A stretch of 62,563 nt of DNA, filler included, from Xylographa opegraphella (lineage: Eukaryota): NCBI GenBank assembly GCA_022813865.1. It is 8 parts of 8 records of this genome, joined end to end, with 100 filler letters (N's around TTAATTAATTAA, not from the genome) between each part and the next. Parts side by side here need not be neighbours in the genome. Positions count along the whole stretch, not along the records: positions 8,317 to 16,248 come from JALDZX010000193.1; positions 16,349 to 24,167 come from JALDZX010000194.1; positions 24,268 to 32,003 come from JALDZX010000195.1; 5 more parts are not named here. One strand, given 5' to 3'. Of the stretch, positions 13,100 through 25,296 are shown in pieces. The position numbers were made by a program, and so were the translations under genes. Within the stretch, counting starts at the first letter, position 1; the number at the start of each line of letters is the position of its first letter. Below the pieces are notes generated by a model. The model had not been told where the DNA came from. It saw nothing but the letters and a program-made list of their open reading frames with translations, and did not search any database.

Positions 13100-14007
13100 A
13101 TATTTAAAATATAATTAAATAAATATTAATTACGTTTTTATTAAAAAAGTTTTTAAAGAATTTATATATCGCCTTCGTTGAGAATTAGAGTTAAATTAAA
13201 CTATTGTTTTAAAATAATACAAAACTTTTACGACTTTAAATAAATAAATCGTAATTAATATAAAAGCTACATTTAAAATCTTGAACGGATAAATTTTAAG
13301 CAATATAACGTTAATTTCTACTTATTAATTTATTTTAAAAGACAATTATTATTTTTTATAAGTAAATAATAATAAAATCGTAGTACCGCGTCGAAATAAA
13401 GTTAATTAATTTAAAAATAAATTCGCAAAAATTTAAGATTAAAAATTTAAAAAAATTTAAAAAAATTCTCGATATATTAATTACGCGCGATAGAAAAAAT
13501 CGTTTAATTCGCTTAAATTAAATTTATTATTTAAAAAATTTTTCGCAAAATTATATACAAAATTTAATGAATATAAAACATAATAAATAGAAAATAATAA
13601 ATTTTTTAATAAAAGATTACGATCCGCTTTAATTATTTAATTTCCAAACTAAAAGAATTAATCAACGCGAATATTAATATGTAATTAAAAGTTTAATATA
13701 CGCGATTATATATACGGATTTTAATATCGTTTTTACCCTAGAAAAACTAAATTAATAATTTAATAATGTAATAATTTTATAAATTAATTGCGTATTAAAA
13801 ACCCTATTTTATTACGTTCGATTATCGATTAATTTTAAAATAATTTATAAAAATAATAAAAAAAAATTATTAACTATTTCGATTTTGACTACGCGATAAA
13901 TAAGCAGAATCGAAATTTTACTTTTAAATATATATATATACTTGGCGAAAACTAAATATTTAAATAAATTAAAAACAAAAATCGATATTTACTTTAATTA
14001 TTAAAAT
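13100..14007 (+). pseudogene. Heavily RIP-mutated Copia RT, homologous to the intact copy at 16349-16955
   Basis: ttacgcgcgatagaaaaaatcgtttaattcgcttaaattaaatt aligns to ttacgcgcgacagaaagaaccgctcaattcgcctggatcagacc; gactacgcgataaataagcagaatcga aligns to gactacgcgatggacaagcaggatcga; left boundary approximate. Confidence 0.85.
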
Positions 14008-14204
14008 TGTTGAAAGGTACGATGGGTACTGAAGCGCAGTGGTCATTCTAGCAGAATATATGGGTAAACAAGTGTGTTGTATTAACTATGAACAACTACG
14101 AGACTATATGTTCGCGCACTAGCGTCACCGGGCCTACGGCGGCTCGAGCTCTCGCTTAGCAGCTCTCGCTATCCTGCAGGCAAGCCGGGACTCTATTTCT
14201 AACA
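14008..14204 (+). mobile_element. Unmutated 197-bp solo LTR
   Basis: TGTTGAAA...TTCTAACA termini; first 58 nt identical to the reverse complement of 24268-24325; no TSD. Confidence 0.85.
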
Positions 14205-14660
14205 TTATTTATACTTAATTTCTGGAAGAGTTTAATGTTTAAATTAAAAATTAAACTGAAAATGTTAATAATTTATTGTTTATAAATTAATAAATAAACC
14301 AAACAAATAAATGAAGGTTTGGAGATATATTTAAAATTATATTAACTTTAAATAAAATAATCAGGTATTATTGCTGCTATTAGAAATGATTAGTATTAAA
14401 TGATAAATAATTCGTAATAACAGGTTTTACGCTTTTTCGCAAATTTAAAACGATATTTAAATATATTAAAAAAAATCGATATTAAGGCATAATGCAAACA
14501 GGGCAATAATATTAATAAATAATTTAAAAAAAATCTACGTTGTTATTTAAGGAAAAATTATTTTAAATAATTAAAGAATTAAAAAATAAAAGTAGATTTA
14601 TTAAAAAATGGGCCTTAATTAAAGAAAGGGGATAGAATATATTTTTTATAAAGAATTTAT
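14205..14660 (+). pseudogene. RIP-degraded Gypsy integrase core relic
   Basis: ttctggaagagtttaatg (FWKSLM) followed by a decayed HPQTDGQTE-like segment and ttggagatatattta (LExYL). Confidence 0.5.
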
Positions 14661-15049
14661 TGATTAGCAATAGTTCTATCGAATTATAAATATTATTTTA
14701 AATAATTTATACTAAATTTATTGGGTATTTATTGATAATATAAATATAAAGGGCTCAAGAAATTAATATAATAAAAAAGAAATCTTGCCTGGAATACGGC
14801 GATATATTTTAAAATTTATATAAAACTTTAATCGAGTAATATGCAACATAAAATCAATTAAAAAATATATAATTAAGCAAAATGACAGTTTATAATCGAG
14901 CAGTTAAAAATAATGGAATTTATTTATAGGCTAAAAAGAAAACTAGTTAATATAATAATAATTTTAAAAATAATAAAATAACCGTCCTATTATTTAATTA
15001 AAAAACGCGTATTTTATAGAAAAAATATATATATTCTCGATTATAAATA

Positions 15050-15840
15050 AAGAAATTAGCGATAATAGTAGCTTTATTTATTAATTATTCAAATAGCGTG
15101 GTATTAAAATAAAAAACGATTAATAAACCACTATGAACATTTTAAAATTAAATTTTATTATGATTTCGATAATTTAAAATATAAATTATATTAAAAAAAA
15201 TCAGCGAAATTATTTTCGACTCGAACGTTAATTTAATTAAATTCAATTCGATTTTACTATTAATAACGCGAAACGGAAAAAAATATTATTTATTATAATA
15301 ATAAAATTTAATTAAAACTCGAAAAGATTTATAATATAAAAAATTATTAAAAATTATTTAAAATTTTGAAAAAAAATAAAATTTACCTTTTCGAAAAATT
15401 TTTCGTAATAAAATCAAATGCGCGAACCTTGATGATATAGTTAAATCAATTAACGCTAAATATATTAGATATCTTAATAAATTAATAATTAATTTTAATT
15501 TAATTATTCGATTTTAAAGTAAAATATATAGCCGGCAGTAAAAATTTAATCGTAAATAAATTATTAAAACGATTTTAAATTTTCGAAAGTAATAAAAAAA
15601 AAGCGATAAAAACGTAAAAAAACTTCTAAATAATTGATTATACTGCGTAGATAATATTTTTGAATTTTAATCGTCACGATCATTAAGAAAAGGTAAAAAA
15701 AAGAATAATAATTAAAAATTAAGAATTATTATTTTAAATTCGATTTTTAAATATTTAAAATTTTATAAATAATAAATTATATATTTATTATCGTTAAAAA
15801 ATCAAATTAGTATTAAAATCGATGATAAACCAAGTTTAAA
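15050..15840 (+). pseudogene. RIP-degraded Gypsy RNase H relic
   Basis: aatgcgcgaaccttg (D>N-ARTL); ttattcgattttaaagtaaaatatatagccggcagtaaaaatttaatcgta (LFDF.V.H.AG.KN..AD pattern). Confidence 0.55.
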
Positions 15841-15842
15841 AT

Positions 15843-16248
15843 AAATCTTTTAAATCTTTTAAATCTTTTAAATCTTTTAAATCTTTTAAATCTTTTAAAT
15901 CTTTTAAATCTTTTAAATCTTTTAAATCTTTTAAATCTTTTAAATCTTTTAAATCTTTTAAATCTTTTAAATCTTTTAAATCTTTTAAATCTTTTAAATC
16001 TTTTAAATCTTTTAAATCTTTTAAATCTTTTAAATCTTTTAAATCTTTTAAATNNNNNNNNNNNNNNNNNNNNNNNNNNNNNNNNNNNNNNNNNNNNNNN
16101 NNNNNNNNNNNNNNNNNNNNNNNNTCTTTTAAATCTTTTAAATCTTTTAAATCTTTTAAATCTTTTAAATCTTTTAAATCTTTTAAATAAAAAAATAAAA
16201 AAATAAAAAAATAAAAAAATAAAAAAATAAAAAAATAAAAAAATAAAA
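15843..16248. repeat. (TTTTAAATC)n array with internal gap, followed by (TAAAAAAA)n
   Basis: Directly visible tandem arrays. Confidence 0.92.
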
Positions 16249-16348
16249 NNNNNNNNNNNNNNNNNNNNNNNNNNNNNNNNNNNNNNNNNNNNTTAATTAA
16301 TTAANNNNNNNNNNNNNNNNNNNNNNNNNNNNNNNNNNNNNNNNNNNN
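16249..16348. other. Artificial scaffold spacer
   Basis: N44-TTAATTAATTAA-N44. Confidence 0.97.
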
Positions 16349-17346
16349 CTCGCCGAGCTGAGGTCAATTGGTTTAAAGCTGAGTTCGCGAAACTTTTTAA
16401 GGTCAAGGATCTGGGGGAGATTAAGAAAATCCTAGGCATTCAAGTTACGCGCGACAGAAAGAACCGCTCAATTCGCCTGGATCAGACCCACTATCTGAAA
16501 GAAGTCTTCGCAAGGCTACACATGAAGACCGACAAGCACAAGGCAGTGGAGATCCCAATAAACGGTTACGACTCGCTTCGACCAGCCGGCCCCGAGGACA
16601 AGAGGATCGACCAACGCGAATATCAGCACGCAATTGGAAGTCTAATGTACGCGGCCATACATACGCGCCCTGACATCGCCTTTGCCCTGGGCAGACTAAG
16701 TCAATACCTTAGTGATCCTGCAGAGCATCACGGCCACGCATTGAAGACCCTGCTTCGCTACGTTCGATCGACGATTGACCTTGGAGTGGTTTACGGGGGC
16801 AGTGGGAGCCTCAACCTTATTGGCTACTCCGACTCTGACTACGCGATGGACAAGCAGGATCGAAGATCCATCCTCGGGTACGTATATATGCTTGGCGGAG
16901 GGCCAATTGCCTGGGCAAGTCGAAAGCAAAAGTCGGTGTCCACCTCGACTACTGAAGCTGAGTACATGGCCCTGTCGAGCTGCGCGAAGGAGGGACTCTG
17001 GATCATGCAACTGCTCAAGGACCTCGGCTGCAGCAAATACTTAGGCATCGGCTCAAACAGTGTTGACATCATGGAAAGCAATCAACACCAAGAGAACTCG
17101 CCGCTGCGGCTAAGAGGAGACAATCAGGCATCATTAACGCTGGTTAAGGACGCTCATATCCACGAAAGATCGAAGCACATTGACGTTGCCTATCACTTCA
17201 TTAGGGACCTTCATCAAAGAAATCAGGTGCGGGTCAGCTTCGTGCCCACGCAGGATATGGTCGCAGACGGATTGACCAAGCCACTGCCTAAGCCTAGCTT
17301 CAAGAGGTTTGTTACTCAACTGGGTCTTGAGAGTAGTGGGAGCTAG
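16349..17346 (+). CDS. Ty1/Copia pol C-terminus (RT end + RNase H), intact, 5'-truncated by the scaffold edge
   Basis: FKVKDLGEIKKILG, YQHAIGSLMYAAIHTRPDIAF, GYSDSDYA, WASRKQKSVSTSTTEAEYMA, DNQAS, RSKHIDVAYHFIR, MVADGLTKPL; open frame with no RIP damage. Confidence 0.95.
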
Positions 17347-17371
17347 CGATTCAGCAGGCATCGAGTGGGAG

Positions 17372-17585
17372 TGTTGGAAATAGCGTTGCCTGGCAGAATG
17401 CCCTCTATGTTGCCTGCAGGCAATATAGACGCTAACCTGCTTCTAGACTAGCGTAACCGTATATAAGGGAGCTTTCTTCCTTAAGAAGAAAGCAACCTTC
17501 TTACGCATCTTGACAGGTAGTTCAATGAAGCACTGGTTCCAACATACTGATTCCACCATACTGATTCCACCCATTCATTTCAACT
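17372..17585 (+). mobile_element. Copia 3' LTR (~214 bp) preceded by polypurine tract GAGTGGGAG
   Basis: PPT 17363-17371 directly before TGTTGGAAA; TATATAA box near 17460; homology with 1-61 ends at TTTCAACT. Confidence 0.88.
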
Positions 17586-18944
17586 TTATATATTAAATTA
17601 TTTCAACTTGAAAGTTTAATATATAAATTCTTTATTCTTAGTTTATTATAATAAATATATTTATTATTTTATTATAAATACGCTGTGATATAGTAAAAAG
17701 TGATTAAATAATTAATCCTCGAGTTGCTTTTTATCAATATAAATAATCTTTTTAATTTTAACTATTAATATAAATTGTTAAAAAATAGTTTGCCATAGTA
17801 TATTAAAAAGGTTTATAAATTTTAATATATTATTTAAATTAATTCGTTTCTTTATAAATAAATTTAAAAAAAATTCACATCGAGTCTTAATAATGATAAA
17901 ATATATTAAGTATTTGTTTAATAAAATTTATACGTTGAATTTTAAGTTAAACTAAAAATTTAAAAATTTAAATTATAAAAGAAATATAATCATTAAGAAT
18001 TATAATTAAAAATTGTCTTTTATATAAAGGCTTTTCGTTAATTTTAAATTAAATAGTAGTTTAAAATTCATTATTTATTCAAATTTCCTTTTAATTATAA
18101 AATTTTTTAGTGTGAGTTTTATTGCGATAACAACGTAATATAACGAGTTAAATTGTTAATTTTTGCGTAATAACTCTTTTTGTATATCGTAATTTAAAAA
18201 TTCGTTCGACGATTTTTAATATTATAACTCGCTTAGATTTTTAAATTTCAAAGCTTATTTAATGATAGTACGTAAAATAAAAATCGATTCAAAAATTTAA
18301 AATAATAATCGTAAATGAATATTAATAACAATATAAGATATAATAAAGGAAAAAGTAATGATATATAAAATACGATTGTAAACATTATAATAATTTTAAA
18401 TTAATTTAACGTCGTTGGCGCAAAAAAAATTTTGATCTCGTAATTTAAATATTTACGAAGGTTAAATTTTTTTTAAATAATATTACAATTTATTCATTAA
18501 CAATTTTAATTATCAATATAAATTTTAAACGATTAATAATATTCAATTAACTGCTAATTACTCGTAATAAATATTATTTATAAATAAAGTAAACTAATTA
18601 TTTTTAATTATAAATCGAATAGTAACGAAAGTTAAAATCTCGATTATAATATAATTTTTTATAAAATCCTTAACAGCTTTATTGAATAAAGAAATAAATA
18701 TTTTGAATTATAATTTTAATTTCACGAAGTTTTTATTAAAATAAAATTATTTATTTAATGAAGAATTGAGAATTTATTTAATTTATTATCGCATTAAAAA
18801 ATTTTACTCGTTTTTTATATATTATAAATCAAAAATTATTAAAAGTCTTTGAAAAGAAATAAATTGAAAGTAATAACACTTTTTATTTTTATTATATTAA
18901 TTTTGGAAAATTTAAGCCGAACTACTAACTAAAGAAAAAATTTA

Positions 18945-19130
18945 GCGAATGCGACCCTTGCTTTTTTTATAAATAGAAGAATTATATTTAAATCGATCGC
19001 GGCCTTTTAGTTTTTATATAAATAAAGAATTTACGTTTAAATCGACCTGCGATTCTTTACCCTTTATATAAATAAATAAACTATATTTAAATTTATAGCA
19101 AGTTTTTGGTCTTTTTACAAATAAAAAATT
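18945..19130. repeat. Degenerate ~48-bp tandem repeat (about 4 units) inside RIP-decayed DNA
   Basis: Recurring ttttata(t)aaata.a.aa.t.a..tttaaat at ~48-49 bp spacing. Confidence 0.5.
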
Positions 19131-21468
19131 TAAGGCTTGAAATAAAAAAATTAAAAAATAAACGTAAAGTTTTTTTTCGTTTATAAAAACTTTAAAGGCT
19201 AAAAATTATATGATTTAATTTTTTTTAAAATTAAAGAAAAAATTATCGTATATTATAATAAAATATTAATTAAAATATTTAATAGTTTGTTTAAATAATT
19301 CTTTAGATTATAATACTAAGAAAATATGTCTCGAAATTAATTATAACGATTTTTTGAAAAAAAAATCGAATATCTGATTAATAATTAACAACAAGTCGTT
19401 AAATATTATTAATTAAAAATATTAAACAAAATTAAACGCGAGGTGAATTATATCAAAACAATTATTCGACAATCTTTAAAATCAAAAAATATAAAATTGG
19501 AATGTTTGTAATTTTTAAAATGTTAAATTCAACGCTCCTTAAATTAAATTTTAACTCTAACGTTTATAATTATAATTATCGAAGAAAAAATAAATATTAT
19601 TTAAAAAATATTAAAGAAATTTATTATTAATAATTGTTAAAGCCGTTTATATCGTTATTTTAACTGTTAAAAAAATCGTAAAGTGATTGTTGTTCGTAGA
19701 ATTCTAGGTTTTGAATATAGTAATTATTAATCAATTATTATAAAAACTGCTATAAATACTTATAGTAAATAAAAAATATTTCCATTTTTTTTATAAATTT
19801 AATATTTTAATTTTCTTTACTCAAATGACGTAGCTTTCGATAAATTAATTAAATAATAAATAATTAAAATTTTCGATAGATTTTAAAAATTACGCAAAAA
19901 TTTATTTACGTTAATAAAAATTTATAAAAAATTTTATAAATTTAAATCGTCGAAATTTCTTTCGTGATTTAATATTTACTCTTTATTTTTTATAATATTT
20001 AATTTAAATTTCATTGAAAATCTGAAATTATTACTTTTATTATTTAGTATTTTTTTTAGGTCGAATTGCTATTATTTTTGATTATTAATAAAAAGTTACA
20101 TTATAATTATAAAATAATTATTAATACGTATTTTATAAAAATTAATTTAAAATATATAAATTTTTGCAATCGCGATAACAATTACTATTGATAAATTATT
20201 TATTTATACATTTTTATTTTGACGCAAATTTTATTCTTTTTTACTCGATTAAATTATTTTAAAAATATTTCGAAATTTAACGCAATTTTTTTATATATTT
20301 TAAAATATCGATTTTATTAACTTTATCGGCTTTTTCGACCTTTTTTACGCTTTTTTTAAACGAGTTATACGTTTTCGATTTTTAATTATATAAAAACTAA
20401 TTAATAGTTTATTTAAAATAAATTTATAAAAATAAGTTTCACAAAACAACCGCGAGGTTTTCGAACTTTTAACGTTATTTAAATTGAAAATAAATATTTT
20501 TTATTATTAAATTTACAATCTTTTCATTAACGTATAAAAGAATTTATTTTAATAAATTTAAACGAATTATAATATAAACTTTTATTAATATAAAAGTTTT
20601 AGCTAAGTTTTGAGTAAAATTTGCGCTTGTTAAACTATTCGTAATTTAAATAACGTTAATTATAATAATTTTTATAGTTATTATTTGAATAATACTTTTA
20701 ATGTATAATCGCGATTTTATTTTAAATAAAAAAATCCAAAATTCAAAATATTACCGTATTCACGAGTTATTTACAATCGATATTATAATTTATAAAAATA
20801 ATTGTAGCAATTTTAAGTAATATTATAAATTTAAAAAATATTAAAATAATATAAAATAATAAAAGAGTCGAAATATGTTAACTAATTTATCAAGCGAAGG
20901 TTAAATTATTTATATTATTTTCGCGTTAAACATATTTAAAATACGCGATTATAGTTTTATTTTGTAAATAACACTCTTGATTATACATATATTAATTTAA
21001 TTTATAATATAAAAATTCTTTTATTTTTGTATAAATTTTTAATCTTTTAACATGGCGAACTTATATTTGTAATATAACGTTTATAATCGTATTTGATAAA
21101 TATTATTACAAAAATTACGATAAATAAAAAATATTTAAAAATTAATATATTTTACGATAAATTTTAATTTACTTTTTAAATAAATCTTTTTATTTTATTT
21201 AATTATACTTCAAAAAACTTTATATTAATATATATTCCCCTTAATTCATTAAAACCCCAGATAATAAATAATAAAAATATTAATATATAATAATCGTAGG
21301 AATAAAATATAATAAGAACTAAAAGAATAACGCGTATTTAATCGAATTAATTTATAAATAATTAAATAAAATCGCAATAATAAAAAAAGTCACTATTAAA
21401 AAAATATTTTTAATAATAAAAAAAGCCTCGAAAAAGGCGATTTTTAAAATAAAAATCGTATTTAATAA

Positions 21469-21642
21469 TATCACGGGTTCTGGGTTCTGAACCTTAATTT
21501 GATCTGTGCTTCTTTCTTTTTGCTTTGTTTGCACATTTAAGCGAGCCATTATATAGTAAAGCTTTTCCCTTTCATAGTTACAATTTAGCTTTTTCACATC
21601 ATTAGATAATCACAAATCCTGTAGTCAGGCGCTCACCTCACA
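21469..21642. mobile_element. Partly RIP-mutated solo LTR with near-perfect 5-bp TSD
   Basis: TATCACGG (from TGTCAC)...CCTCACA termini; flanks AATAA / AATAG; higher GC than the surroundings. Confidence 0.55.
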
Positions 21643-22207
21643 AATAGAAAATTTTTATTATTAATTATCGAGTAAATAAATTAGTCGAGACGCTACTGAT
21701 TTAATAGTAAATAATAATTATATTTATAATTATTTTTATATTATCCCCTCGTTTAATCGTAGTATTATTGTAAATTAAAATTTATTAAAATTTATCAATT
21801 TTTTAATATTAAAATTATCGTTTTAGAGGATTATTCGAAATATTGTTTTAAATATTAATATAATATTTAATTTACGTTATTAGCGTATTATTTTAAACGC
21901 TTTTTAAAAAGTAACAAAGGTTTTTTTCGTTAATATACTTAAAAGTAAATTTTATTAATGAATGTATATATAATAATAGTTAATAATATTATAGTGGCAA
22001 ATCTTCTGACTATTTATATTAAAAGAATTACTTTACAATTTAAAAAGATTTCTTTAATTAATTAACTTAAAAAAATAATTACAAAAAATCGTAATTATAT
22101 TAATCTTTATCATTATTTAATTTTTATTAATTAATATATAAATTTATATTCGTAACTAAAAGAAAGATTCCAAATTTTGTAAAAATTTATAAATTTATAA
22201 AAATTAA

Positions 22208-22463
22208 TGTAAAGGAATTCGTAGGAAGTCCGCAGCAGCCTAGTTGAGTAGGCAAAGGGGTAGGCAAAAGGATTGGATCGGGGTCGCAGCTAGGTCAAGT
22301 CTTTTCTGAATAAGGTCACTTTCCGTCCGACAGAGAGTGAAAAGAAGAAAAAAACGAATTAACTGCCGTTGTGGCTCTGCTGCTCTATCGCTATATGCAG
22401 ATGCGTGAGGAAGGAAGCTCCAAATCAAAAAGCGCCCAAAAGACCCGCCCCGAATCCACCACA
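22208..22463 (-). mobile_element. Gypsy 3' LTR (256 bp), unmutated
   Basis: TGT...ACA termini; minus-strand [20 protein letters not shown] at 22464-22480; identical end at 62501-62563. Confidence 0.9.
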
Positions 22464-22597
22464 ATCCTCCCCCCCCTTTTAACATAGCAGTGTCCTCACT
22501 GCTCTGGCCCCCGCCCGTCCCCTTCATTCACATGCTTCCGCCCCCGCTGGACCCTGATTTTTACTTTCCGTCCAACGGAGACTTCGGACTCTGAGTC

Positions 22598-24167
22598 TTA
22601 TCCCGAATCAGAGCTGTCATCGCCAGGGCTGTTCGAATCGTAGCTGTCTTCGGGGTCCTGGCTGCTGTCCTCACGTCGTATTAACGGAATGACTATCTTG
22701 AAGTTCGGGGATCCGTCCTCATCGTCGGTCTCACTCTCACTAAGATACTGCTCTTCCAGATCCGCCAGAATCGCCGCATATTCCTCTGCTGCTCCGTCTT
22801 TCCGCTCGACATGCAGCTTCAGCCTTCTCCCAGAGACGGTGCCGGACTTCTCTGCACCATCCAATTCTTGCAGACGATATACTCCCTTGACAGGATCCGC
22901 CTTGGTGATTCGGTACGGGCCTTGCCACCAGAAATCAAGCTTTCGGTCCGACGAATAGTCGTCCTTATACCTAGTATCGTGCAGAAGGACCAAGTCTCCC
23001 GCTTTGTATATCTTGTCCCTGGCATCTTTACTAACGTCGGAGTATTCTTTAGCTTGATCCCTTATCCTTCTAAGCCTCAAAGCTGCCTCCTCCAAGTCCA
23101 GATCTCTTTGCAATAGCTGCAGGGCTCTCAGCGCGAGCAGGTCGGCTGTATTTCGAACTCGACTCCAGGGTAGGCTGGTCCAACTAGGCACCTTGGCCTC
23201 GATCGGCAGCATACACACTCTTCCATAGATAAGCTGGAATGGGGTCATACCGGTGCTTCGGCGGATACTAGTTCGATCAGCCCATAGAACCAAATGTAAT
23301 AGTTCTGGCCATGTGCCTATCCCTCCATGTGTCAGCTTCGCTAGCCCATCTATAATAGGCTTGTGCCCTCTTTCTACCATGCCGTTCGCGCCCGGATTGT
23401 ATGGGGAGGTCTGTATTCGCTCAATCCCATACAGTTTCAGCAGTGTCTCGGTATACTTCTTGTTCTCTGGCCCTCCATCTAGAACCATCCTCCCAAAGAG
23501 CCCGTGGCGAGTAATAACGTCTTCCCACAAGAACTGCGCAACCGCCTTGGAATCTGCGTTCTTGAGAGCCCTAGCTTCTACCCAGCCTGATAAATCTTCC
23601 CGGGCGACCACTATATAGCCCAACCCTCTTCTCCGCGGCATCTTGACCACGTCCACGGCCACCTTTTCGAACAATATCTGGCTATGCGTAGCGAAGATTG
23701 CATCCGGCTCCAACTGTGAAGACCTTCGCTGACAGTCTTCGCAGGATTTGCAGTAGGCCTTGCAGTCCTTATACAATCCTTCCCACCAGTATGTAGCGGC
23801 TACCCTTCGATATGTGGTTTCCACACCCTTGTGTGCTCCGCCTACATCATGCTGGCTGGCGACAATCTCCTGCTGAACTTCCTCTTTATCTACCACTCGT
23901 CGCAAAGGTATGTTCTTACTGCCCCGTCGAAACAACTCCCCATCTCTTACCAGGTATTTCAAGGCTTCCGCTTTGAACTTCGTCCACTGACGGCCCTTAT
24001 ACTGGGTCGGCTTCTTCAACGATGACAGCCATACAGCATATTCCTCATGGATCTCTGAATACCCAGAGTCCGGATTCAGGACAGTGACCCATGGTCCTTG
24101 GCTGTCGCCCTCTCCTTCCTGCCTTTCCTCAGTGGCCGCCACGATCAGACTCAAAGAATGCACCCCT
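22598..24167 (-). CDS. Ty3/Gypsy integrase (pol C-terminus), intact, truncated by the scaffold edge
   Basis: HHCC zinc finger (H-x5-H...YWW...CEDCQ), DDE core (VAVDVV, VLDGGPEN, YNPGANGMVERGH), GMTPFQLIYG, WWQGPYRI (GPY/F module). Confidence 0.95.
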
Positions 24168-24267
24168 NNNNNNNNNNNNNNNNNNNNNNNNNNNNNNNNN
24201 NNNNNNNNNNNTTAATTAATTAANNNNNNNNNNNNNNNNNNNNNNNNNNNNNNNNNNNNNNNNNNNN
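24168..24267. other. Artificial scaffold spacer
   Basis: N44-TTAATTAATTAA-N44. Confidence 0.97.
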
Positions 24268-24325
24268 ACCCATATATTCTGCTAGAATGACCACTGCGCT
24301 TCAGTACCCATCGTACCTTTCAACA
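24268..24325 (-). mobile_element. End of a young LTR identical to 14008-14065
   Basis: Exact reverse complement; at scaffold edge. Confidence 0.85.
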
Positions 24326-24706
24326 TATATATAAATTGTAATATATAATAATAATTATCGACAGCCTTTAAAAAAAGTTTTTTAATAAATTTTAATTTTA
24401 AAATATTTTAAATATAATATTTACTACGCGTTTAAAACGCGAATTAAAAATTTTAAACATTATATTTAAAAATTTAAAATCGAGTATTTGCGCGAAAGCA
24501 AGAATTATATTTTAATAAAATATTTATTTTATATTCGAGTAAAATTTATTTTTAATTATTAAATTTTATATTTTTATTTGAAAAATTTATATTTTTATTA
24601 AAAAAATAATTTATATAATTCAAAAAAACGAACCCGTATTTTAATACGTTAAATATAAAAAATATTTTATTCTTATTAAAAATTTAAAATACGTATGCGT
24701 ATCGAT

Positions 24707-25060
24707 ATCAGCAAAAAGAATTCTTGCTTAAAATTCTAAATTTTACAAATCGATCAAAAAGTATATTTTTTACGCATTCAATATATTCAACACGTTTAAT
24801 AAAAAAAATTGCTTTTTACTTTTTTAATAAATATTTTTTATATTTAAAATACGTTTTTAATACATTTTTAATACGTTTTTAAAATATAGCTAAAAGTAAT
24901 TTAAAAAATAATTAAAGATAAAATAAATTATAAAGTTTTAAATTAACGAATATTATATATAAATATTCGTTAATGTTGTAGCTTTAACAATATTTAATAT
25001 AATTTAAAAATTTTAATAATTTTAAATTTTTTACGTAAAATTATATTAATTACGTATTTA
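24707..25060 (-). mobile_element. Partial copy of the ATCAGCAAAA-ended element
   Basis: Reverse complement matches 52600-52885. Confidence 0.6.
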
Positions 25061-25065
25061 TTTTA

Positions 25066-25296
25066 AAACTTGAAATTTAACATTTGAAACTCAAAACTTG
25101 AGACTCGAAACTCGAAACCCGAAACTTAAAACTCGAAATTTAAAATTTAAAACTCCAAACTCAAAACTCCAAACTCCAAACTCGAAATTCGAAATTCGAA
25201 ATTCGAAATTCGAAATTCGAAATTTGAAATTTGAAATTTGAAATTTGAAATTTGAAATTTGAAATTTGAAATTTGAAATTTGAAAATTTGAAAATT
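25066..25296. repeat. Graded 7-mer array (ACTCGAA / ATTCGAA / ATTTGAA)n
   Basis: Directly visible; the unit changes stepwise along the array. Confidence 0.9.

Noticed and set aside
15843..16187. Telomere or CRISPR interpretation of the tandem arrays
   Set aside because: No spacers and no TTAGGG-like unit; simple AT-rich microsatellites
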